Below, one piece after another: positions 28,988 through 37,700 of a stretch of 52,818 nt of DNA. Under the pieces are notes generated by a model, which worked only from the letters and a program-made list of their open reading frames with translations, ran no database searches and was not told the origin of the DNA. This DNA is from an uncultured Bacilli bacterium (lineage in GTDB: Bacteria; Bacillota_I; Bacilli_A; RF39; UBA660). A program made the translations under genes and the position numbers. Within the stretch, counting starts at the first letter, position 1; each line of letters begins with the position of its first letter. The stretch spans positions 1 through 52,818 of the forward strand of contig CAKOLT010000004.1 in assembly GCA_934096315.1 (NCBI GenBank), in the 5' to 3' direction.

Positions 28988-29016
28988 GAGGAAAAAGACA
29001 ACTAGTCCAATTCCTC
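28988..29016 (-). terminator. Terminator of the prophage late operon, directly after the endolysin gene
   Basis: GAGGAA...TTCCTC hairpin followed on the minus strand by TTTTTT. A T-run also follows on the plus strand. Confidence 0.6.
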
Positions 29017-29023
29017 TTTTATT

Positions 29024-29749
29024 TTAATATAATTTAATGTTATCCCAGTTTATAGTTCCATTTTGAAAGTTTAAATTTACTTGTCTTTGTACCTCATTGT
29101 AATTAGAACCTAATGCATTCTTTCTGTTGTCGCCATTACCGAAGTCTCCTCTAATAGTCTTTCTAACTAAATCTAATATGTCAATACTTGGTTCTGATTT
29201 TGGTGATAAAATCTCATTTACTCTTGCTTGTACTTCTGCATATCTATTTCCTAGTCTATCTTTTCTTTCTTGTCCATTACCCCATAAACCTTGGATAACT
29301 TCTTGTGCCAATTCGTCAGTACTTTTTTCAATATTTTTAGTAAATAAATCCTTATCTAAATATGACGTAGGGTCAATTCTAACACCATCTTTCCATACTT
29401 CAAAATGTAAATGTCCACCATAAGCATTACCACTATCAGACATGTAGCCAATTCTTTGTCCTTTTTTAACATAGTCACCATTTTTTACGAGCAAACCTTT
29501 TTGCATGTGAGCATATAAGGTTGCATAACCATTGCCATGGTCTATTTTTACAAAATTACCATAACTCGCATTTCCACTACTGCCTTTCATATTGCCATAA
29601 CCATCTTGTAACATAACTATCATGCCGTCTGAATGTGCTACTACATAATCAAGTGTATATCCTCCACCAACTATATCATTTGCATGATGTCCACTATGAT
29701 ATCCTTGTGTAATTTCGCAGTTTCCCTTTTCTAATATTCTACATTTCAT
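29024..29749 (-). CDS. Endolysin: M23 (LytM) peptidase + two CW_7 (Cpl-7-type) cell-wall-binding repeats
   Basis: Zinc motifs GHHANDI (HxxxD) and GGHLHFE (HxH). Two repeats: ELAQEVIQGLWGNGQERKDRLGNRYAEVQARVNEIL and LVRKTIRGDFGNGDNRKNALGSNYNEVQRQVN. Start at ATG 29749 (MKCRIL). Confidence 0.85.
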   Translation of the reverse strand: MKCRILEKGNCEITQGYHSGHHANDIVGGGYTLDYVVAHSDGMIVMLQDGYGNMKGSSGNASYGNFVKIDHGNGYATLYAHMQKGLLVKNGDYVKKGQRIGYMSDSGNAYGGHLHFEVWKDGVRIDPTSYLDKDLFTKNIEKSTDELAQEVIQGLWGNGQERKDRLGNRYAEVQARVNEILSPKSEPSIDILDLVRKTIRGDFGNGDNRKNALGSNYNEVQRQVNLNFQNGTINWDNIKLY

Positions 29750-29939
29750 TAATATCACTACCTTTCTTATCATTCTTAGCAAAGTAAAAAGTCATAATCA
29801 TCATTACCATTGGTACAAACTGCTCTGATGTCACTTTATCAGTAAACCAACCTACTACCAATGCTATAATCATTATAATTGTCATTATACTTTTTAAATC
29901 AATCAATTTTGCAACTTTTTTTAACACTTCATCTTTCAT
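29739..29939 (-). CDS. Putative holin (two TM helices, charged C-terminus)
   Basis: 66 aa. TM1 IMTIIMIIALVVGWF, TM2 FVPMVMMIMTFYFA, C-terminal KNDKKGSD. Lies immediately upstream of and overlapping the endolysin gene. Confidence 0.6.
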   Translation of the reverse strand: MKDEVLKKVAKLIDLKSIMTIIMIIALVVGWFTDKVTSEQFVPMVMMIMTFYFAKNDKKGSDINEM

Positions 29940-30295
29940 TATAATTTACCTTCTCTCTTTAATTTTTCCCATTTATCATGAACATAACTATTTCCTCCTT
30001 GCCTACAGTAATAGTCATATAATTCATAACTTCTAATTTTTTGTTCTGTAGATATTGTCATTCTGTCAGCTAATTCCATAAGATTTATTAGATCAGTTTT
30101 TATACTAGACAGATTATTTTTTGAAGTTTCTTCTTTTAGTTCTTTTATCTCCACTTTTATTGGCTCTAATTGATTATCTATTACTTTAGATAGTCCTTTT
30201 ATAATACCTTTCTTTAGATAGACTACAGAACCTATTAAAGCCACTACAAAGGCTAGTCCTTTTGCTATCTCTCCTAATGTTATATTTTCCACCAT
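29939..30295 (-). CDS. Lysis-cassette membrane protein (N-terminal TM + coiled coil), function unknown
   Basis: 118 aa. TM helix LAFVVALIGSVVYL. TAATG-coupled on both sides. Confidence 0.5.
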   Translation of the reverse strand: MVENITLGEIAKGLAFVVALIGSVVYLKKGIIKGLSKVIDNQLEPIKVEIKELKEETSKNNLSSIKTDLINLMELADRMTISTEQKIRSYELYDYYCRQGGNSYVHDKWEKLKREGKL

Positions 30296-30498
30296 TACTC
30301 AACCTCTTCCATTTCTTCTTCTATATATGTTTCATTTAACTTACTATCATCAAAATTGTCCGCTAAAAATATAATTGAGGCATAATAAGGAATGTGTTCT
30401 ATCTCTCCATCTTTTTTATAAACGTCGTTAGCACTCCTTATTTGTTTGTTTGTGTCAGCAATTAATATTTTTTTGTTTCCATACGTTCTAATTTCCAT
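30295..30498 (-). CDS. Small acidic phage protein, unknown function
   Basis: 67 aa. RBS TAGGAGGTG. Acidic C-terminus EEEMEEVE. Confidence 0.5.
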   Translation of the reverse strand: MEIRTYGNKKILIADTNKQIRSANDVYKKDGEIEHIPYYASIIFLADNFDDSKLNETYIEEEMEEVE

Positions 30499-30509
30499 TC
30501 GTACACCTC

Positions 30510-31445
30510 CTAACTAACAGTCCAGCCCTTGCTAGTAGCAATTGCTATTTCATTCTCAGTCAATTTTGCAATGTTGGTTGTTCCTAATACTAAATTTTGA
30601 GGAAATACACTCGCACTTGCTATATCATATAGACTATTTATAACATTCATTAAACTGTCATGAGTTAATTTTGTACAACTCATTAAATTTAAAGTATAAC
30701 TATTATACGCAGAACTAACTTTACTAAAGCCTTTACCATAATTTTTTAGACCGCCAAAGTTTGTTAAATTATTCGTGTGAGAAAATATACTTCTAAGATC
30801 TGTTGCAGAATCAAAGTTTAATTGTGAAATACTCACTATTCCTGATGAATAATTAAACATACCCCTTGCATCTTGCAATTTTGAAAAATTATATTGTGGA
30901 ATTTCGATTTCTTTTTCTATATAACTAAATGCACTATATGCTTTAGTCACATTCGAGGTATCTACACTGGGTAATTCGCTTAATCCATAGTAAGAAAACA
31001 TATAATTCATATTTGTTGGGTCTTCCAATTGTACATTTCGTATTTTTTTAATACATTTAATCCATCCAGAAGTTAAATAACTATTATATGGATAAGATAC
31101 TGTTTTATTTCCTACTCCTATTGTACTAGTAAAATAATCATCCAAACTTATAATTGAGACTTGTACATTAACTTCATTATATCCATCTAAGTTATCATTT
31201 TCAGCCTTATAAGTTCCGTTAGAAGAAATAATTTTACTTGCCGTATTAGGAATATACCCATTCACCTTTACCTTAGATAAACCAGTATAACCAGTATCAG
31301 GTATTATTTCTTGTGTTTCTCTAGTAGGTACTACTTCTTTCTCTTGAGTAATTGGATCTACATATATAACTGAATTACTAAGCGAACCGCTCAATAATCC
31401 TTTGGTACTTAAATTACCACTAAGTTTTTGCTTTTCTTTAATCAT
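30510..31445 (-). CDS. Fibre-associated protein with C-terminal DUF285/BspA-like leucine-rich repeats (receptor-binding candidate)
   Basis: Repeating pattern NMNYMFSYYGLSELPSVDTSNVTKAYSAF / ARGMFNYSSGIVSISQLNFDSATDLRSIFSHTNNLTNF, resembling the DUF285 repeat (xMFxxCxxLxxLDLSxWDTSNVT). ATGA-coupled to the upstream gene. Confidence 0.6.
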   Translation of the reverse strand: MIKEKQKLSGNLSTKGLLSGSLSNSVIYVDPITQEKEVVPTRETQEIIPDTGYTGLSKVKVNGYIPNTASKIISSNGTYKAENDNLDGYNEVNVQVSIISLDDYFTSTIGVGNKTVSYPYNSYLTSGWIKCIKKIRNVQLEDPTNMNYMFSYYGLSELPSVDTSNVTKAYSAFSYIEKEIEIPQYNFSKLQDARGMFNYSSGIVSISQLNFDSATDLRSIFSHTNNLTNFGGLKNYGKGFSKVSSAYNSYTLNLMSCTKLTHDSLMNVINSLYDIASASVFPQNLVLGTTNIAKLTENEIAIATSKGWTVS

Positions 31446-31801
31446 AAATCAGCACCCTCAGGATAAAGAGTTAATTTTTTTGCTCCTTCTTCATCATAAC
31501 CAACGATTGTTGAATCACCATTTAATTCTATCTCATACCAGTATTCAATAGGTTTGTTTGCCATTTCACCTATTTTCATATCTTCTCCTGATATGTCTAT
31601 ATCCACGCTAGTAGAACCTACTGTTGGTGTAAATTCTTTTTGCAAAATTGGAGACTTGTCCAATTCCTTTTTTCTGTAAACAGAAAACTTAACCTTGTCT
31701 CCATTTTTAAACGTATATTTTTCCTCTCCATTATCAATAGAGAATTCTATTAGTAATCTATCTCCTCTATTGATATGAATTTCTTTATTTATTACTTCCA
31801 T
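31442..31801 (-). CDS. Small beta-rich (Ig-like, BppU-N-like) tail accessory protein
   Basis: 119 aa. Pattern RGDRLLIEFSI...KNGDKVKFSVY...YWYEIEL is typical of small Ig-like fibre/baseplate domains. Assignment is tentative. Confidence 0.45.
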   Translation of the reverse strand: MEVINKEIHINRGDRLLIEFSIDNGEEKYTFKNGDKVKFSVYRKKELDKSPILQKEFTPTVGSTSVDIDISGEDMKIGEMANKPIEYWYEIELNGDSTIVGYDEEGAKKLTLYPEGADL

Positions 31802-31816
31802 TTTATTCCTTCCTTT

Positions 31817-33568
31817 CTACTCTGTCGATTCATTACCCATACCACCACCACCGCTACTAACCTCAACTTTTATCCATATAAAACAAGTAATATATGGTGG
31901 CACATTTGCCTTATCGAAATCTTCTTGAGAATATCCACCCTTACCAACAACTAACCTATCTGCAAAAGACGAAGAACCTACTTGCATACCATAACCAGAT
32001 GTTACACATTGCAAAAGACTATCTTTTGTACCACCTGTTTTTTTAACAGTATTAAAATCAGTATCATCTGGATCCACACAGACCAGCATTTTACCCTTAC
32101 CGTACAATTCCCAAGTACCGCCAAATCTAACACTAGGATTTTCATCTCTTGTAGTTAAAAATAAATCACCAACTTGATAATTTGCTATAGGATTTTCATT
32201 CAAATATGCATTACCATACACATAAACTTCATTGTCTCCTATAAAAATAGTCTCTCGTCCTTTTTCTAGATGTACAATTTCTTTAGCAATAACAAACTTG
32301 TCTTCAAAAGAAATCTCGAATTGATACTCTTCTTCATAATCATATAAAACTCCTAATGATAAATCAGTTACCTTAAATGTATTATCTGTGATAGTAGGAG
32401 TTATGTTCCCGCCATCAGTCCAATTCATCTCTCCTGATTTCCTGTACTTGAAACTAGCGGTAAGTGAATTAGTTATAGTATCAGTAAATGATCCATTATA
32501 ATAAGCACCATCACAATTTAGAATAGCCTCATTTGAAGTTCCCTCTGGTCTAGTAATTGATATGGTATTAATATGCAGTTTAATATAATCAATCATATCC
32601 AATTCAACATTTATCGAACTAGAATATCCTCTAGTGTCAAAGGCGGATACTGTTACCTTATTTGACCCAATACTTGCGAATGTATCTTCTTGTAAATTAG
32701 AAACCTGTCCATCATTTAAATTGATAGAATAAGTTTTTATAGCAGAACCATTTTTAGCAGTCGCACTTATAGTTACTTTAGGTTTAGATATGTACTTTAT
32801 AAACTTAGTATTACTACTCGTAATCTCCGTAACACTTGTATTAGTATCAACTATAGTTGCATTTACATCAGGTCTACATGCACTCTCTTTAGTGTATAAA
32901 TTAAATGTAGTAGACTTTGTATCACCTATCTGTGTATCACCACTATATGTTGTACAATAAATAGTTCCTTGTATTTCTTTGGTATTAGGTATTAAAGCAT
33001 ATATAGAATCTTCTATTTCATTTGTCTTAAATTGTACTGTAGTTTCACTTGTCTTTGTAGCAATAGTACCAGTTAAGGTGCCAATATTATAAGTTAGCGT
33101 ACTAGTAAATGATGATGATTTTTTATCTATACTAATGATTGCAGTATCTCCAATATATGGACTACTACAAGCAATTTCACTTGCTCTTGGAATTGTTGGT
33201 AACGTAATTGTTTGACTAACACTACCAATTGGATAATAATTGCTTAATCTACCGTCGAAACTAAATGCTATTTCTATATTCTTAGAACCATCATTATTGT
33301 GATAAACTCTCACAGTGTTTGACACTATATTCTTGTAGCCATCACTTCCTAAATTATAAGAACCGGTATAACTTTTACCGGTTCCATTAATTACTAAGTT
33401 TGCCAGTGATTCTGAATTAAAGGGATAATAAGTCGAATTATTCCTCTTAACATATCCAGTTGCAGTTACATCACTATAATTTTCTGCAATATTTTGTGAA
33501 ATAGAATATTCTACAAGTAAATTAAACCCTCCACTTGGAGTGCCTATATTCCCATTAAAACTACCCAT
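31817..33568 (-). CDS. Tail fibre / receptor-binding protein
   Basis: 583 aa, Ser/Thr/Asn-rich beta-type sequence. The C-terminal module (GGTWELYGKGK...ANVPPYITCFIWIK) resembles the conserved C-terminal tip of many Firmicute phage fibres. RBS GGAGGTG. Confidence 0.6.
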   Translation of the reverse strand: MGSFNGNIGTPSGGFNLLVEYSISQNIAENYSDVTATGYVKRNNSTYYPFNSESLANLVINGTGKSYTGSYNLGSDGYKNIVSNTVRVYHNNDGSKNIEIAFSFDGRLSNYYPIGSVSQTITLPTIPRASEIACSSPYIGDTAIISIDKKSSSFTSTLTYNIGTLTGTIATKTSETTVQFKTNEIEDSIYALIPNTKEIQGTIYCTTYSGDTQIGDTKSTTFNLYTKESACRPDVNATIVDTNTSVTEITSSNTKFIKYISKPKVTISATAKNGSAIKTYSINLNDGQVSNLQEDTFASIGSNKVTVSAFDTRGYSSSINVELDMIDYIKLHINTISITRPEGTSNEAILNCDGAYYNGSFTDTITNSLTASFKYRKSGEMNWTDGGNITPTITDNTFKVTDLSLGVLYDYEEEYQFEISFEDKFVIAKEIVHLEKGRETIFIGDNEVYVYGNAYLNENPIANYQVGDLFLTTRDENPSVRFGGTWELYGKGKMLVCVDPDDTDFNTVKKTGGTKDSLLQCVTSGYGMQVGSSSFADRLVVGKGGYSQEDFDKANVPPYITCFIWIKVEVSSGGGGMGNESTE

Positions 33569-33569
33569 G

Positions 33570-34703
33570 TTACACCTCCAAATCTTCCAATACTTCTATA
33601 AGCTCTTTTAAGTGGAATATTTTTGTTCCTTTTTTACCATTTTTAGTGGATTTTATAAATTTTAAATACCCTATTTGTGCCGTTCCAGTGACTATTAACT
33701 TATCTATACCTGACCCCTTGTTATTAAAGATTGCATTTAATTTTTCATAATTGTATACTTTAATTCCAGTATTATCTAACAATGAGTTATTGGGATCTGT
33801 TGATGTTCCTACTGATAAACCTCTTGTGCTAAAGCTAAAATTCATATCAGTAATCTTGCCTTCAAGTGTTTGAATAGTACCATCCTGTGTATCCAATGTC
33901 TTCTGAATATTTTTCATTGTAATATCAAAGTTATTTACAGTTTGAGTGACTTTTGATTGTTGCTCTTGTAACGTACCAATACTTCTTCCTTGTTCGTCAA
34001 CAAGTTCGGTTGTATTTGTCATTGTAGTATCTAACTTATCAACATCTTTTCTTATTTCAGTAACTGTTCCACTTAGTATAGTAAGATTTTCACCAACTTG
34101 ATTCGCCTTTGTATCATCAGTATACTTAGTAGCAATTGTCCAATCATTCTCTTCGAATGTTTCATCCCCTGCTTTAGTAGTTTGACACCTATATAATTCT
34201 TCATCCTTAATCCATAAATCTCCACAATCATATGGTGGTGTAGGTTCTACAACAAAAACACGTCTTTTACTGTCTGCTGTATCTTTAGCACTATTTGCTA
34301 TTGCTAGAGCCTTCGTAACATCTGTATCAGTAATTTTTATCCAACTATAAACATCATTATCAAATGAATATCTATAGGCATAGCCAGTCTCCTTATCATA
34401 ATAAAGGTCTCCTAGGTGATTATTTTTTTCTGAATCAGTAGTCCATTCACTAGCAGGTTCATTATTTTCGGTAGGAACTCCAGAATAAAACCAGGTAGTG
34501 ATGTTTCCATCTACCTGGTCTTGAAGTTCTTTTAAATTTTTTGCTGTTGCAATAACAAAGCCATTTAATTCACTTTCTACTTTAGTAAGTCCTGTTTTTT
34601 GTAACTCATAACTCTCTTTTAATGTTAAAATATCATTAAGATTATACTTCCTTTCTAAGTCTTCTGGTGTTCGCAATTTATTTATATCTCTTTTATTTAT
34701 CAT
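33570..34703 (-). CDS. Tail fibre / minor structural protein (conserved N-terminal anchor + coiled coil)
   Basis: Motifs GNITTWFYSGVPT, HLGDLYYD, TADSKRRVFV and GDLWIKDEELYRC are typical of Firmicute phage fibre N-termini. ATGA-coupled to the giant ORF. Confidence 0.6.
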   Translation of the reverse strand: MINKRDINKLRTPEDLERKYNLNDILTLKESYELQKTGLTKVESELNGFVIATAKNLKELQDQVDGNITTWFYSGVPTENNEPASEWTTDSEKNNHLGDLYYDKETGYAYRYSFDNDVYSWIKITDTDVTKALAIANSAKDTADSKRRVFVVEPTPPYDCGDLWIKDEELYRCQTTKAGDETFEENDWTIATKYTDDTKANQVGENLTILSGTVTEIRKDVDKLDTTMTNTTELVDEQGRSIGTLQEQQSKVTQTVNNFDITMKNIQKTLDTQDGTIQTLEGKITDMNFSFSTRGLSVGTSTDPNNSLLDNTGIKVYNYEKLNAIFNNKGSGIDKLIVTGTAQIGYLKFIKSTKNGKKGTKIFHLKELIEVLEDLEV

Positions 34704-37700
34704 TTAGCATACACCCTACCATTTCTTACTTTGAAACCAAGTTCTTTTAATTCTTTAGTTTTTTCTTCGACAGAAATATCTTTAGAATTGATAATATTAA
34801 TTAATTCTTTATCGTAAGCAGTAAACCCTACTGTTTTAAGCATAACCTTTTTATCATAAGAAGAAGTATTAATACTATTAACATACTTAACTATTTGGTC
34901 ATCATACTGTTTAAAACTATTATATTCCATTTTAATAAGCATTGCCTTTTGTGGAATTGTTAAATTTAAATTATTAATATATTTAATTACTTTATTTTTT
35001 CTAGAATTAGGAACAGTTTTTCCATTAGTATAATAATCACTTTCAAACTTCTCAGAATTAAACTTTATAAATTCATCAATATTTATTTTTGCATTTAGTA
35101 CAGTATCAATTATTTTTTCACTTGAATAATATTTTCCGTACAAATATCCTTTATACTTATCATTTAATCCAGAATCAATAACTAAATCAGCAATCTCTTT
35201 ATGTTTAATATCGCTTTCCTTATCCTCATCTCCACGAATAACACCAATTTTTACTTTTGCTTTAAAATATTTATTTTTATCAGTATCACTCATATTCAAT
35301 TTATTTATTTCTTCTTTTTCGTCATCCTTTACTTTAGTCCACTCCGACTTACTATTCAAATAATATTCCTGGTCTGAAACCTTACCATAGTTTTCATATG
35401 AAATTACATCTTTATAATCATTTATGGCACTTTTTGATAATTCGTTGATTTGTTTTTGAATTTCCTTAGTTTGATTATACTTGTCACTATCCTTTAAAGA
35501 TGAGCTTTGTATTTCTCTCTTTTTAGCATATAATTTACTAATTTCACTTTTAACTGAATTAACATATTTATTTTTTAACTTATCTTCATCTGTAGCATTA
35601 GAACTGTTAGATTTTTTAGTAAGTTCTTCGCTTAAACTATAGAAATCAGAAATATTTTGATTTTTAAGATTGCTATCTACGGTAAATTTATCTTTAACTG
35701 GGGCTAATAATTTTCCAGCGAAATTATCGCTACCACTCTCAGCCTCTTGAGTTAGATAAGGTAATGTATAGTCTCCTATTGCTCCAGCATATTGGTCTAG
35801 TACATAATTTATTTTATATGGGCTTATATTAAGTTTCTTGCCAAGCCATATACTAATACTATCTGTTGTTTCATCATACTGTTCTGCATTAGGCAAGTTT
35901 TGAAGCCTTGTAGGAACTAAATCACCACCGTACCATGTCTCATTATTAATTGCTTGTATCATTGGAGATAATAAATTACTTTCGCTAGGGTCAGATGGTA
36001 ATACATTGTTTTTTAAAAGGTCTATAAAACCATCTATATCCATTTCTTTACCACTATTTTTATCTATGATATTTTGGAAGAATTTTTGAAGAACACTAAC
36101 TACTCTACCTTTAGGTATTCTAATAAATTTTCCATCTCCATATTTACCAATTATATAATAATTGTTTTTAACATAATCAGATAACTCTTCATAGTCATCA
36201 TCATCAGCCCAAAGCATTCCCATAAGAAGTGCTGGTGTAAGTCCTGCTATCGTCCATCTTACCGCTAATTTAGTAATTCCTTTTATGCCCTCAGCTCGTG
36301 CCTCTTGGACATTTCTAACTTGTTTTGTAGTACCTTGTACTCCAGCATTCAAAAAGGTAACACCATTTCTATCAAGCGTTTTGGTTATATCCCCACCACG
36401 TTTAAAGTTAGTAGTTATTTCTGAAGCATTATACATAGCAGTTTCTATACTATCCCCTGCTTCGATGGAAGCCATAAATTCAGCAAGTCTTGGAGCCATT
36501 TCTATAATCTCATTCATTTCACTTATCTTTTTTAATGGAAGTATTTTGTCTAAAATGCTAGGTGCTATATTAGTTCCAGTATTATAATTAAAATATGTCT
36601 CATAAGAACCACCATTAGCAATATATAATTGTTTATATAGTCCATTATTTTTTATTTGCATAATTGCTTCTGATAAATTTTTAGCAAACAATTCGGGATG
36701 TTTACTGTTTATAGTTCCATCTTGAATATCCTTTAAAGGGTTAGTTATCATAAATAGTGGATTATATTCAGTAAGCAATCCTCTTCTAATATTGTTTAAC
36801 TTATTTAACCATTTTACTGTATATATATTACTTGGCTTTAATGCCTCATATATTTCATCAGATATTTCAAATGTGATTTTCTCACCCTTATCAAAAACAG
36901 TTAGAGTTGCTGGACTATTTTTACTACTTTTAGTTAATAACTCATCACTATTTATCTCTTCCACAATATTATCGACACTTTCTTTATTTCTTATTTGTTC
37001 TGTTTCAATACTATTTAATAATTCAAGACCAAAATTGTTCCTTAGAGCAGAATTAACAGTTTGCATAGTTCTAAGTGCCATTGCCTCTTTTAATGGAATT
37101 ATATTTTCATTACCACCTTTTGCCTTTTTAATAGGGGTATTTACTCTTGCCTTTTTTCCCAGTAAAAAGTCCATATGAGCTCTAGTTTTCGCCTGTTCTC
37201 TAATAACAGGTACATAATGTGGATATTTATTATTATAATATTCCATGCTATCTTTTGATAATACTCCATATTTAACAAGCATTTTTAAATTGGAATTATT
37301 ATAGTCATAAATTTCATCAGCCCAAGCTTCAAACTCAGGATATTTAGTTTCGTATTCATTAACTATCTTTTCTGACATTTTAGAAGTCATACTATCCCCA
37401 AATACTGCTTTATTTGCTTCATTAAATCTACTTTCTAAATTCATCCTATCAACATTGTGTTTATGATAAATATATTTACTAAAATCATCTAGTAAACCAC
37501 TGTTTTCAATGGGCTCAAATATTTCGTATAATCCTTTCCCTACTTTATTACCATCTTCATCTAAACGACCATTGCCTATTATCTGATTAGCAATTCCATT
37601 AGCAAGTAAGGAATAATCATATTTAGAGCTTAACTCCTTATTTTTAACCTTTCTTGCTAGTTTGTCAACATAATATCCTTTATCAACAAACTTAATGGTA

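Noticed and set aside
28933-29001. 22-codon ORF (MRKNMQFQEKISPKKSKKEEKDN) in the junction region on the plus strand.
   Set aside because: It has no RBS, is low-complexity and runs into the terminator hairpin, so it is most likely non-coding.
28622-29023. tRNA-Gly 3' end as the att core (a duplicated partial tRNA at the junction).
   Set aside because: No second copy of any part of the tRNA 3' half is visible between 28696 and 29023, and the other prophage end is outside the window.
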